From contig CAZUBK010000002.1 of assembly GCA_964618725.1 (NCBI GenBank), positions 209,543 through 273,542 on the forward strand: DNA of 64,000 nucleotides, in the 5' to 3' direction. The notes under the pieces are model-generated. The model saw only the letters and a list, made by a program, of their open reading frames with translations, was not told the DNA's origin and searched no databases. This DNA comes from an uncultured Pseudomonadales bacterium (GTDB taxonomy: Bacteria; Patescibacteriota; Microgenomatia; UBA1400; Chazhemtobacteraceae). Shown here piece after piece: positions 10,962-20,566 of this stretch. Each line of letters opens with the position of its first letter. Position 1 is the first letter of the stretch. The position numbers and the translations under genes are program-made.

Positions 10962-11558
10962 CTAGGCCTTTGGCTCAAAGATGATGTGGTTGCGATCTTC
11001 ACTGCTGACTTTGACTTCGGAGAGGAGAACACCTTCAACAACTAGTCCTTTATCTTTAAAGAGATCATTTAGTTCAAGCTTGAGAGCTTCCTCGATTTGG
11101 GTACGACTGTTCTTTATTTCTGCCAGGGTAACTTGGGTGAAGATATTGGCGAGACGGGAACGGGAGAAAGGACGAATCACCTTGCTGACAAAGTTATCTC
11201 CAATATTCTCCCAAAGCTGCGGCGCACTGCGTTTGTCTATCTTAAAAAGGAGGGAGCCTTCGATAGTGATGCTGTGACCGTCTTGGGTGGAGGTATTGAT
11301 AGGCTCATCCCCCAGGGCTTCTTTCTGATTAATGTCAAAGCCTTTCCTGATGGTGTACTCAAGAATCTGAGCGTTAAAGAGTTTAGCGACTTGCCAAAAG
11401 GGAATCTTGAGATGGAGGCCTGGTCCCCAGACGCTAGGGAGGACTCCCCTGCCGCGGTCGTAGATACAGGCAACGTGTCCGGGGGGGACGGAGACAAAAA
11501 AACCGCCGACGACTTCATCGACGAGGAAACCAACTACAAGTTTGTCAAAATCGGCCAT
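10962..11558 (-). CDS. SPFH/Band 7 (prohibitin/stomatin-like) domain protein
   Basis: VPPGHVACIYDRGRGV...GLHLKIPFWQVAKLFNAQILEY region resembles an SPFH domain. Confidence 0.6.
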   Translation of the reverse strand: MADFDKLVVGFLVDEVVGGFFVSVPPGHVACIYDRGRGVLPSVWGPGLHLKIPFWQVAKLFNAQILEYTIRKGFDINQKEALGDEPINTSTQDGHSITIEGSLLFKIDKRSAPQLWENIGDNFVSKVIRPFSRSRLANIFTQVTLAEIKNSRTQIEEALKLELNDLFKDKGLVVEGVLLSEVKVSSEDRNHIIFEPKA

Positions 11559-11607
11559 ATTTGAGAAATGCTACTTAAGGAGTCTTAGGTGGGTGTTTGA
11601 TTTATAT

Positions 11608-12342
11608 TTAGCTTTGTTTTGGACTAGGGGCTAGATAAGTATGATACCAGAAAAGGAGTTGTTTGACTAAGAGTTCGACTAGTGAGAAGGTTAGAGTGGT
11701 GATGATGAAGAGCTTTTTCCCGGCGGGCAGGAGGGAGAAGATGACAAAGGAGGCAATGGGCATAAAGATGGTTAGAGAGAGAAATTCGTGACGACTGATG
11801 GGTTGCACAGAAAAAAATAAAGAAAAGGCTTCGAGGACAAAGATGGCGAACGATTGAAAGAGATTGAGGACAAGGTTGGGCTGACTAAGATCGAATTGAC
11901 CCAAGAAGAGGAGATTAATAGGAAGAGGAACATTGGGCATGAAGCTATATAGTAGATGGATGTCTGCTCCCTCGAGACCGGTTTTGAAGATGCGATAGAG
12001 CATTAGGATGATAACTAGCTGGACGATGATAATAAAGGTTTCGGAGATAATGGCACCGGGACTGCTCTTGAGGATCTTTTTTTGTTCGAGCTTGAGGCGA
12101 ACAGGGTCATGGGCGAATTCCTTTTTTGCTTGAGCGATTTTTTCACTAAGACCCGCCTTCTCAGCAGCTGAACGATCAGAAGTGATACTTAAGGGAAGCA
12201 TGATTATCCGAACAATGAGGGCAAAGATGATGACGGCAATACCCATATCGGGAGTCTCCATGACTTGGCTTAGGAGCCAGTAAATACCGACGAGAATGTT
12301 GAAGAAGGGTTGGTAAATGTAGATGGTAAAAATCTCAAGCAT
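11608..12342 (-). CDS. polytopic membrane protein, hypothetical
   Basis: Multiple hydrophobic helices. 244 aa. Confidence 0.5.
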   Translation of the reverse strand: MLEIFTIYIYQPFFNILVGIYWLLSQVMETPDMGIAVIIFALIVRIIMLPLSITSDRSAAEKAGLSEKIAQAKKEFAHDPVRLKLEQKKILKSSPGAIISETFIIIVQLVIILMLYRIFKTGLEGADIHLLYSFMPNVPLPINLLFLGQFDLSQPNLVLNLFQSFAIFVLEAFSLFFSVQPISRHEFLSLTIFMPIASFVIFSLLPAGKKLFIITTLTFSLVELLVKQLLFWYHTYLAPSPKQS

Positions 12343-12404
12343 AGATACAAGAAGTGTATGCCAAGAGAAATAAGAAGGGAAGCCGTGAGACTTCCCTGTT
12401 GAAA

Positions 12405-12647
12405 CTAACGCATCTCGGTATAACGCTTGTCCAAAAGAACACGGTTGAGTTCAATGACATCGCGGTTTTGATCAATGATGCTGTCTGCTTTGCGGCGAAG
12501 CAGGAAAAGCTTGCTATCGCTTTTGCAGCGTTTGATGTCAGTGGCGGCGATGAATTTAGGGTCCTTGAAGGTGTCCTGGTAAATGAGCCAGCCTCCCAGG
12601 ATCAGATTGGCGACAAGTAAAATAGCGAGAATGATAAGAACGGTCAT
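12405..12647 (-). CDS. small single-pass membrane protein, hypothetical
   Basis: N-terminal TM segment ILAILLVANLILGGWLI. Overlapping plus-strand ORF judged spurious. Confidence 0.35.
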   Translation of the reverse strand: MTVLIILAILLVANLILGGWLIYQDTFKDPKFIAATDIKRCKSDSKLFLLRRKADSIIDQNRDVIELNRVLLDKRYTEMR

Positions 12648-12696
12648 TTTTCACTCCTTTTTTAGAGTCGATGTGTTGTGTTGTTATTATGCCAAA

Positions 12697-13560
12697 TTAT
12701 AGGGCTTTTGTCAATTCTTTTGAGAGGTCGCGGGGGTGGAAATAGGCTGAGTGGGGAGTGACATATTCAGAGGTGAGCTTGCGCTTCATATAGAGATATT
12801 GGAGATGAAAGGCTAGGCGATTGAGAAGAGGAATGGACCCCCTACCTTGTTTTGATATATTTGATTTTTGACTTGACGAAAATGAGGTAGTGATTCCTTT
12901 ATATGCATTGGCAAGGTATTTTTTGACCCAGGAGTTTTGAGTAATGAAGCTTTGGTAGGTGGCTCCCCTATTAAGGATAGGTTTGACTTGGAGAACTTCG
13001 TGGGCGGTGTAGAGACTACGTTTGACTATTGGGACTTTGAGGGCGGACTGATCGAGCCAGAGATTATCACAGATCTTGTTGTTGACTTGGTGGGTTTGGG
13101 TGGCAGTAATGGGGCGACGAAGCCGAAGAGCTTTGAGGAGGAGGAAAACGAGAGGTCGGGTCAACCAGAGGGTGTTAGTTGAGGTAACAATCATAATGTC
13201 GATATCATCATTTGGTTTGGCATTGTCCATGGCAAGCGAGCCAGTCAGGGCGATGAATTTGATGGTGGGAAGGAGAGACAAGTACGGGAGGACACTATGG
13301 AGATGTGTGAGCTTTTTCTGTGTAAGTGAAAGGCTACGGAGGCGTCTTTGGGTCATTGTGGGATGAACTTTGGCCTTGAGAAAGGAATTGGTAGAAAGAC
13401 ATTTTTTGAGAGCGGCAGAAGAATGCTGTTTAGAGGAACAGAGCCAAAGATGGAGCTCTGTGGGAGTCAGATCATAATCAAAGAACTTGGCATATTTGAG
13501 GGAAGATTGAATGGCTGATTTGAGAGGAGACATAGAACAAGGATACATGGATCCACCCAA
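12697..13560 (-). CDS. nucleotidyltransferase (Pol-beta superfamily)-like protein
   Basis: GS...DDIDIMIV motif (GS-x9-DxD). Confidence 0.5.
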   Translation of the reverse strand: MGGSMYPCSMSPLKSAIQSSLKYAKFFDYDLTPTELHLWLCSSKQHSSAALKKCLSTNSFLKAKVHPTMTQRRLRSLSLTQKKLTHLHSVLPYLSLLPTIKFIALTGSLAMDNAKPNDDIDIMIVTSTNTLWLTRPLVFLLLKALRLRRPITATQTHQVNNKICDNLWLDQSALKVPIVKRSLYTAHEVLQVKPILNRGATYQSFITQNSWVKKYLANAYKGITTSFSSSQKSNISKQGRGSIPLLNRLAFHLQYLYMKRKLTSEYVTPHSAYFHPRDLSKELTKAL

Positions 13561-13568
13561 GGAGTAGA

Positions 13569-15179
13569 TTATCGAGTGGTTGCGGCAGGAACTATATTGT
13601 ATTGAGAAAGAACTTGTTGGAAGCCTTGTTGGAGAGGAGTAAGGACCTGACTTATTTGTCTTCCCTGGTTTAGACCGCTAATAGCATCTTCGAGGTACTT
13701 AATGAGCCGGGTGTTAATGCCAGTCGGGCCATCATGGGTAAGACTGGTGGTAAAGAAGGTCTTTGCAGAAGAGGCCTGTTGAAGATAGGCACCGATGATG
13801 GGGTTACTAGCAAGAGTAGTGGCGAGAGCTTTATTGGCAGGTGATTGGGCATAACCCCGCTCTTTAGTAGCGGAGTCATAGAGGATCTGTTGGGCCTGAG
13901 AGGAGGCGAGGAACTTGACGAGTTTCCAGGCTTGCTCGGGATGGGGAGCATTCTTAGGGACGCCTTCGACCCAGAAATTGGCCCAGGTAACAGCAGTGGT
14001 TTCGGGGAGTTGGGGAACAGGATAGATCTTCCAAGATAAAGAGGGATTAAGAGCTTTGATGTCGAGTGCACGCCAGGAAGGAGCAAAGATCATGGCGACC
14101 TTGCTTGCAGCAAAGGCTTGGACCGATGAAGGAAGAGTGGCGTTCCAGGAATAGTAAATGGAGTCAGGCTTGCTATATAAGGAGTAGTAATTGAGGACTT
14201 CCCCAGCCGAGTCAGGCATAGTGCGCATATTGACGCCAGCCTGGAGAAGCATTAGGGAGACGATATCGGGCCAGTGATCGACATTATTAGCAGTACCCAG
14301 GGCGACACCAGCTTGAGTGATAGTGCCAGTAACAGGGTCTTTTTGTGTCAGGACCTTGGCGGCGCTATGGAGGTCTTCCCAAGTTTGGGGTGGTTGAAGG
14401 GAGGCAGTGTCAAACATGGATTGATTGACAAAGAGTGCAAGACCTTCAAAGGTAGTGGGGACGGCGTAAATCTGGTCTCCAACGATAACAGCGTCAGAAA
14501 CGGCTTGGTAGAAGTTACTTTGGATTTCGGCAGGAGTAAGGACCGTAGTGGGAGCAGGAGAAAGACCTTGAATAAGCATGGGTAACCAGGTGCTGTGAAA
14601 ACGGACTACGTCAGGGGGAGTTGGTTGATTGAGAATAGTAGATAGTCGTTCCCGGTAGTCAACGTGCGATTGCATAGAGTAGTTAACTTTGATATCAGGA
14701 TTTTGCTTCTCAAACTCGTCGAGAACGGGTTGCATGACCTGGGAGGATTCCCAAAGACCGTGATAGATGAGAGTGGTTTGTTTGGCTTGGCTACCCCTAG
14801 AAGAGGAAAGAACCGGGAGGAGAAAACGAGTGACGAGAAAAATGATAAGTCCTAAGATCCCGAGACCCAAAACAACAAAAGGTAGGAAGCGCAAAGGAGA
14901 ACCTTGCGTGGGTAGGGTAGCGGGAACGGGAGCCGTTGGAGTTGGCTCTGGAGAAGGAGTGGGTGGAGGAAGATATTCGGGAAGAGGTGGTATCGATTCA
15001 CCCGAAGGGAGAGCGGGCTGGGATTCGGATGGTAACGAAGAAGGAGGGAGAGAGTTGGCATCAAAGATGGGAGTAATTGGTGGAGGAGAGGATGGAGCGG
15101 TGACGGGTCCCCCACTCCCGGGAAGGAGGTCGGAACTGGCGGGAGTGTCGGAACTGGGAGGTAGTGGAAAACTGGCCAT
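13569..15179 (-). CDS. extracellular solute-binding protein (ABC transporter, sugar-type) with ~100-aa Pro-rich N-terminal linker
   Basis: TM anchor, then family-1 SBP-like body (KQTTLIYHGLWE...). Pro/Ser-rich N-terminus. Confidence 0.6.
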   Translation of the reverse strand: MASFPLPPSSDTPASSDLLPGSGGPVTAPSSPPPITPIFDANSLPPSSLPSESQPALPSGESIPPLPEYLPPPTPSPEPTPTAPVPATLPTQGSPLRFLPFVVLGLGILGLIIFLVTRFLLPVLSSSRGSQAKQTTLIYHGLWESSQVMQPVLDEFEKQNPDIKVNYSMQSHVDYRERLSTILNQPTPPDVVRFHSTWLPMLIQGLSPAPTTVLTPAEIQSNFYQAVSDAVIVGDQIYAVPTTFEGLALFVNQSMFDTASLQPPQTWEDLHSAAKVLTQKDPVTGTITQAGVALGTANNVDHWPDIVSLMLLQAGVNMRTMPDSAGEVLNYYSLYSKPDSIYYSWNATLPSSVQAFAASKVAMIFAPSWRALDIKALNPSLSWKIYPVPQLPETTAVTWANFWVEGVPKNAPHPEQAWKLVKFLASSQAQQILYDSATKERGYAQSPANKALATTLASNPIIGAYLQQASSAKTFFTTSLTHDGPTGINTRLIKYLEDAISGLNQGRQISQVLTPLQQGFQQVLSQYNIVPAATTR

Positions 15180-15289
15180 AAAGCAGAAAAAATAATGATA
15201 AGAATTCTGTCGTTAGTGGTCCGCGTGCTAGTTTCACTAGTAGCTGTGTTTCCACTACTTTCCGGAATATAACAAAATGATAGCAAAGA

Positions 15290-17125
15290 TTGGTGGCGAT
15301 TTGGGTTAGAATAAAAACTGTAATGGAAGTAAGCGGAATCAATAAAATAAAGACCTTCAGGCTGACACATAAACATTTGTGGCAAGTTTTACATCGGGGA
15401 ATGTCAATGATAGGGATATTAATATCCCTGGTATTAGTAGTAGGACTGGCGTATGTTTTGGCATATCGAGGCAGGATTTTGCCGGGAGTGGCTGTGGCTG
15501 GAATAGAGGTGGGCAACATGACCGGAGAAGAGGCAGCCAGTCTTTTGAGGAAGGAAATAGGAACAGAGATGAAGAAGATAAAGGTTGTCTCGAATCAAGA
15601 GAGCTGGGAGATGGTACCGTCAGAAATAGGATTAGAAGTAGACTTGCCAGCAACGATTAATCAGGTTTGGTTGGTGGGGAGAAGAGGGGGATTACTGGAG
15701 AGATTGGGTCAGGCTCAAGGTAGTTTTTTTGAAGGCGTGAATTTGGGTTTGGTAATTAGGACTGACAAAGATAAATTTGAAAAGAGGTTGGCGGAGATAG
15801 AAAATGAACTGAACCAGGAAGCGGTTGAGCCGTCGGTAACACTAAAACAAGAGGGAGAGGAAAAGATGGTGGAGGTGAGTAGAGGAAAAGATGGCTGGTT
15901 GGTGGACACGGACAATTTAAGAAACTTATTGCTGGCTAAATGGAGTGTACTTCAGTCCAATGATCAGGAAGTACCAATGAAATTAATCCCCGTAGAGATA
16001 TCAGAGGAAGCGGTGGAGAAGATAAAGCAGGTGGCGGAAAAGTTGGTAGACAAGGAACTGGTGATGCGACTAGATGAAGAGAGCTGGGACTTCGCTGGTG
16101 AAGAATTGCTTGGTCTGTTGAGACCGGCAGAAACGGTAGTCTTTGATCAGAAGAAGGTAGAAAAGGCAGTGGCGGAGTTTGCAGAGGGAGTAAACAGACA
16201 ACCTAGGAATGCAACTTTTAAGTTTGAGGGTGGTAAAGTAAGAGAGTTTACTGCGAGTAGAGAGGGGCTAAGGGTCATTGAGGAAGACTTAGTAGTGAAG
16301 ATAAAGTCTGCTTACTTTTCCCTACTCGAGCAAGAAAGAGTAGAGATCTTAGTGACAGCGATAAGAACAGAGCCAAAGATAACAACGTCAGAAGTTAACA
16401 ATCTAGGGATTAAGGAACTACTCGGCAAAGGAGAGTCTACTTATTTTCATTCTATTCCCAACCGGGTACACAACGTTGGATTGGCGGCAAGTCGAATCGC
16501 TGGAGTATTGGTGGCACCAGGAGAGGAGTTCTCATTTAATGACGCTGTAGGTGAGATTTCGGGGAAGACTGGCTATAAGACAGCTTACGTCATATCAGGG
16601 GGGAGGACGGTATTGGGCGATGGAGGTGGAGTGTGTCAAGTATCAACGACTTTGTTTAGAGCGGCCTTGGCGGCAGGACTGCCAATCTTGGAGAGAAAGG
16701 CACATGCCTACAGAGTGGGATACTACGAGCAAGACTATCCGGCGGGGATAGATGCGACGGTGTATTCAGGTTCAGCAGATCTTAAGTTCAGAAATGATAC
16801 TCCAGCACACATTTTGATTCAACCAGTGATTGATACTGATAACTATTATCTAGCTTTTGAGATATATGGTACGAGTGACGGGAGAAAGGCAGAGATAAGT
16901 ACACCCAAGTTGTGGGGGCAGTCTCCCCCGCCTCCGACGCTTTACCAAGATGACCCAACACTGCCGGTGGGAACAATGAAACAAATAGACTGGGCAGCCT
17001 GGGGAGCAAAAACATCGTTTGATTACAAGGTGACAAGAAATGGCGAGACTGTTTTTGAGAAAACATTTGTGAGCACATATAGACCGTGGCAGGCGATTTA
17101 TTTGAGGGGGACGAGAGTGGATTAA
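15290..17125 (+). CDS. VanW family protein, membrane-anchored
   Basis: GGGVCQVSTTLFRAALAAGLPILERKAHAYRVGYY VanW signature. N-terminal TM segment. True start may be the downstream ATG. Confidence 0.75.
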   Translation: MVAIWVRIKTVMEVSGINKIKTFRLTHKHLWQVLHRGMSMIGILISLVLVVGLAYVLAYRGRILPGVAVAGIEVGNMTGEEAASLLRKEIGTEMKKIKVVSNQESWEMVPSEIGLEVDLPATINQVWLVGRRGGLLERLGQAQGSFFEGVNLGLVIRTDKDKFEKRLAEIENELNQEAVEPSVTLKQEGEEKMVEVSRGKDGWLVDTDNLRNLLLAKWSVLQSNDQEVPMKLIPVEISEEAVEKIKQVAEKLVDKELVMRLDEESWDFAGEELLGLLRPAETVVFDQKKVEKAVAEFAEGVNRQPRNATFKFEGGKVREFTASREGLRVIEEDLVVKIKSAYFSLLEQERVEILVTAIRTEPKITTSEVNNLGIKELLGKGESTYFHSIPNRVHNVGLAASRIAGVLVAPGEEFSFNDAVGEISGKTGYKTAYVISGGRTVLGDGGGVCQVSTTLFRAALAAGLPILERKAHAYRVGYYEQDYPAGIDATVYSGSADLKFRNDTPAHILIQPVIDTDNYYLAFEIYGTSDGRKAEISTPKLWGQSPPPPTLYQDDPTLPVGTMKQIDWAAWGAKTSFDYKVTRNGETVFEKTFVSTYRPWQAIYLRGTRVD

Positions 17126-17381
17126 AGGGAAACCGCCTTTTTAATAGGAGCAGGTCCGGGTGTGTATTTATCGAAGGGTTTGTTCTTTGCCGCTTCAACA
17201 GTCATTTTTTTTCTTTCCAATTCTGACTGAGTTGGGCCTAATATGGAATATTTCGGCGTAGCGGGGAGTGGTCTTGATAAAAGAGCTAGTGCTCTTTCTT
17301 TAGTGGTACCAATGTTTGGTTTTACTGTTCCTAGTTCTTCCATGGGTCAAATCTATCATAGTTTAGATGTAAAATGTCAAC

Positions 17382-18452
17382 ATGGTAATTCTTGCTATCG
17401 AAAGTACATGTGACGAGACGGGGACCGCCGTGGTAAGGAGATCTGGTGATGGTATAGAAGTCTTGAGCAATGTAGTGGCTTCATCGTCTGGGATGCATGA
17501 GAAGTATGGCGGGATAGTGCCAGAGGTGGCGGCGAGAGAACAGATAAAGGTGATTATTCCAACAATTAAGGAGGCTTTGGAGAAGGCAGGGGTGGAACCG
17601 AAGGACATTGGGGCGGTGGCGGTGTCTTGTGGACCTGGGCTGGTGGGGAGTCTGTTGATTGGAGTGGAGACAGCCAAAGCGCTGGCGCTGGCGTGGAACA
17701 AGCCATTATTGGCAGTGAATCATATGGAGGGACACGTGTTGGCGAATTGGATAATAAATGGCAGTGATCCCTCGACAGGTCTTCTCGGGAAGACGCACTC
17801 TGTGCCTCAGGTGCCGGAACTACCGGCGGTAGGACTGGTGGTGTCGGGAGGCCATACAGATCTAATCTACATGAAGAGTCTGGAGGATTGGCAGTGGCTA
17901 GGAGGAACACGGGACGATTCGGTGGGAGAGTGCTTGGACAAGGGAGCGCGGGTGCTGGGGTTATCATACCCGGGAGGGCCGGCGATTGAGAAAGCGGCCG
18001 AAAAAGTAAAAGAGGAAACACAAGTATACAGCCTCCCCCGCCCCCTGCTACATGAGGATACTTTTGAGATGAGTTTTTCAGGCCTTAAGTCTGCGGTGAT
18101 ACGAGAAGTAGAGAGAAGCGGAAAGGGAATGGACGAGAAGAAAACGAATCTGTTGGCAAAGGAGCTATTGGACTCTGCTGTGGAGATACTGGTGAACAGG
18201 ACGATGAAGGCGGTCGAGAATTTCAAACCAAAGACGGTATTGATGGCGGGTGGAGTGGCGGCAAGCAAGCGCTTGCGCGAAGATTTAAGATTTAAAATTC
18301 AAGATTTAGGACTTAAGTTTTTTGTGCCGGAGTTTATGTATTGTACCGACAATGCGGCGATGATTGGGGCGGCAGCGATACTTCGACCCGAGATGTTAGA
18401 TGGAAAAGCGATGTTGGAACTGAGGCCAGAACCGGGGTTGGAGGTGGTATAA
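17382..18452 (+). CDS. tsaD: tRNA N6-adenosine threonylcarbamoyltransferase TsaD (Kae1/YgjD)
   Basis: N-terminal ILAIESTCDETGTAVV, HMEGH metal site, GGVAASKRLRE. Confidence 0.9.
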   Translation: MVILAIESTCDETGTAVVRRSGDGIEVLSNVVASSSGMHEKYGGIVPEVAAREQIKVIIPTIKEALEKAGVEPKDIGAVAVSCGPGLVGSLLIGVETAKALALAWNKPLLAVNHMEGHVLANWIINGSDPSTGLLGKTHSVPQVPELPAVGLVVSGGHTDLIYMKSLEDWQWLGGTRDDSVGECLDKGARVLGLSYPGGPAIEKAAEKVKEETQVYSLPRPLLHEDTFEMSFSGLKSAVIREVERSGKGMDEKKTNLLAKELLDSAVEILVNRTMKAVENFKPKTVLMAGGVAASKRLREDLRFKIQDLGLKFFVPEFMYCTDNAAMIGAAAILRPEMLDGKAMLELRPEPGLEVV

Positions 18453-18502
18453 TTAGCAGTAACGCACAAGATCGCTTGGCTCGATGAAAAAAGGAGAGTT
18501 AG

Positions 18503-18745
18503 ATGAGTAGAGGGAACTTCATTAGTAAACCGCGTGCAGAAATGATCTTTGACTTGGTAAATGGTCTTGATATGGTCAATGAACAGATCAAGATGTATCA
18601 AGAACTTCAAACAAGGGTTGCGACATTGCTGAAAGCGGCAATAGCGGAGCAATGCCTGGAACTGGCTATCCCTGAAGACGTTGCGTTGATTCTGGATATC
18701 GAAGGAGATTCGGTAGTAGTCAACACTATTGACGCTGAGTCGTAG
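18503..18745 (+). CDS. hypothetical small protein
   Basis: 80-aa ORF. No motif. Confidence 0.35.
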   Translation: MSRGNFISKPRAEMIFDLVNGLDMVNEQIKMYQELQTRVATLLKAAIAEQCLELAIPEDVALILDIEGDSVVVNTIDAES

Positions 18746-18825
18746 GTTTAGATTCTTAGATGGCACTCGAAAGGGTGCCATTTTCATTGACAAAGGTATT
18801 GGAGATGTTATAACATGTTATTACT

Positions 18826-19071
18826 ATGTTAATGACAACACAAAAACCTACAAAAATTGGAAATTCTTGGGGGACGATAATACCCTCTTCTATCTGGAAA
18901 GAAATTGATGCAAAGCCTGATGGAGAACTGATTCTTCAGGTTATTGACAGAAGACTAGTAATTTCTGGTGAAGAAAGACCAATGAATTCAATAACTCCTG
19001 AATTTGTAGAAATGATGGAAGAAGTACACAAAAGATACGGCCCTGCTTTGGCGAAGTTAGCAAAGAAATAA
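18826..19071 (+). CDS. AbrB/MazE (SpoVT-AbrB) type antitoxin, Phd-like partner of Doc
   Basis: KIGNSWGTIIPSSI swapped-hairpin motif. Stop abuts the Doc start. Confidence 0.6.
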   Translation: MLMTTQKPTKIGNSWGTIIPSSIWKEIDAKPDGELILQVIDRRLVISGEERPMNSITPEFVEMMEEVHKRYGPALAKLAKK

Positions 19072-19072
19072 A

Positions 19073-19468
19073 ATGATAAGAGTAAGATATCTGACGCTGG
19101 AGCAGGTACTACTGATTCATGACAGTCAGATTCAGAGGTACGGCGGAAGACACGGAATAAGGGATCTCGCTTTATTAGAGTCAGCGGTGTTCCGACCACA
19201 GACTAGCTTTGCTGGAAGTGATTTATATCCATCTCTTTTTGATAAAGCGGCGGCGGTCATGCATTCGATTGTATTGAATCATGCCTTTCTGGATGGGAAC
19301 AAAAGATCGGGCGTTTTTTCCGCAGTGATGCTCTTAAAAATAAATGGTTATGATATTTTGACCAGCAGGAAAGGTTTTGAAGAGGCGACGATGAACGTAG
19401 AAAACAAAATGTGGGAGCTTGAAGATATTAGTGACTGGTTAAGGAGGAATAGTAAGAAAAGGACATGA
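19073..19468 (+). CDS. doc: Doc (death-on-curing) / Fic family toxin
   Basis: Fic motif HAFLDGNKRSG. 131 aa. Directly follows the antitoxin. Confidence 0.8.
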   Translation: MIRVRYLTLEQVLLIHDSQIQRYGGRHGIRDLALLESAVFRPQTSFAGSDLYPSLFDKAAAVMHSIVLNHAFLDGNKRSGVFSAVMLLKINGYDILTSRKGFEEATMNVENKMWELEDISDWLRRNSKKRT

Positions 19469-19472
19469 AAAT

Positions 19473-19490
19473 GGCCGGCAAATGCCGGCC
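19473..19490. terminator. GC-rich perfect hairpin (ggccggca-aa-tgccggcc), likely bidirectional terminator
   Basis: Between the convergent Doc gene and the minus gene 19496..19918. Related to the hairpin at 19968..19991. Confidence 0.5.
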
Positions 19491-19495
19491 AGAGG

Positions 19496-19918
19496 TTACT
19501 TATACGCGTGAGCGTTAACATGCAGATCGTGTAAGACATGGGAGAAGTGGTTGTCGGCAATTTCGTTGTGTTGGGAGTTAAGAAGGAGGATGAAGGTAAA
19601 GATACCATCTATCCCGCCAGGCTCAATAAGCCACTGTACAACATTGAGTGGATATTGCTCAGGCAAGAGTGGATTAACAGAGTTCCAGAAGTTACTGACT
19701 GCTTCTTGATTATCGGGAATGCCTGATTGAACTATACCCACTTCGTGATAGGCGGTACTATCGCCGAGAATGAAGGCGTTGGCGATATCATCGCCGAGGT
19801 TTAAGGCTTTGGAAATATAGAGCTTACCTATTTGGTCTTTGGTCTCTACTGAGACTATTTCTGCGAATTTTTTCTTCCATTCCTGGCGAAACACCTGAGC
19901 ACGGAGGTTGTCATCCAC
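19496..19918 (-). CDS. hypothetical protein
   Basis: 140-aa ORF flanked on both sides by related GC hairpins. Confidence 0.5.
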   Translation of the reverse strand: MDDNLRAQVFRQEWKKKFAEIVSVETKDQIGKLYISKALNLGDDIANAFILGDSTAYHEVGIVQSGIPDNQEAVSNFWNSVNPLLPEQYPLNVVQWLIEPGGIDGIFTFILLLNSQHNEIADNHFSHVLHDLHVNAHAYK

Positions 19919-19967
19919 TAAGGTTTTCCTTTGCTAAAAAAAGAGCGATTGCTTATTTTAGCACGAC

Positions 19968-19991
19968 TTTGGCCGGCGGGTGCCGGCCAAA
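19968..19991. terminator. GC-rich hairpin (tttggccggc-gggt-gccggccaaa)
   Basis: Shares the ggccggc core with the hairpin at 19473. Confidence 0.45.
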
Positions 19992-20006
19992 GTCTGAATT
20001 ATTTGA

Positions 20007-20513
20007 TTATAGCTCTTCGATGATTTTCTTTCTTTGAGTCTCAAGCTCAATAAAGCGAGCAGCAACTTGATGCATTCGATCATAATCTGAAAGGAGTTTT
20101 GCAAAAAGTGGAGCAAATTCAGGTCCTGTTTGCGTCAGACTGAGACCACTTAGGTAACTACCATCATAGTCAGAAGTCCAATGCGGATCCCAGCCACGTT
20201 TGGTCATTTTCTCTCGGACTGAATACTCCTCTGCCATGTCAATGAGTGAATCTTTTGAGGAGAGGACGAGGGTGGCGGTAAAGTTTTGGTCCACGTCAGG
20301 GGTAACGGACATTTTTATCCGGAGATGGTCATCGCCACGGCTGAGTTGCAGCAAAATTGTCTGTTTACTGTAATCACGATTAGTGAGCTGCCAGTCCGTA
20401 TCATTGAGAACTTTTTTGATATCTTCCAAGCGTTGAGGAATCAAATCGAGGGCGTCAGGCTGATTCATGAAGATTTCCTTTTTCTTTAAAAGAACGAGAC
20501 TTGTATTATACAT
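20007..20513 (-). CDS. hypothetical protein
   Basis: 168-aa ORF. The likely start is the internal ATG. Confidence 0.45.
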   Translation of the reverse strand: MYNTSLVLLKKKEIFMNQPDALDLIPQRLEDIKKVLNDTDWQLTNRDYSKQTILLQLSRGDDHLRIKMSVTPDVDQNFTATLVLSSKDSLIDMAEEYSVREKMTKRGWDPHWTSDYDGSYLSGLSLTQTGPEFAPLFAKLLSDYDRMHQVAARFIELETQRKKIIEEL

Positions 20514-20566
20514 AGACTGGCAAGCTTAGAGAGAAAAAAGAGTTAAATCAGAGTTATAATACAAGA

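Noticed and set aside
12354-12620. 88-aa plus-strand ORF overlapping the small TM protein gene
   Set aside because: It is antisense to an ORF with a plausible TM helix and has no features of its own. One of the two is spurious, and the minus-strand ORF was preferred with low confidence.
17122-17343. 73-aa minus-strand ORF between vanW-like gene and tsaD
   Set aside because: No motif and no RBS or terminator support. It lies in the tsaD promoter region, so it was not called.
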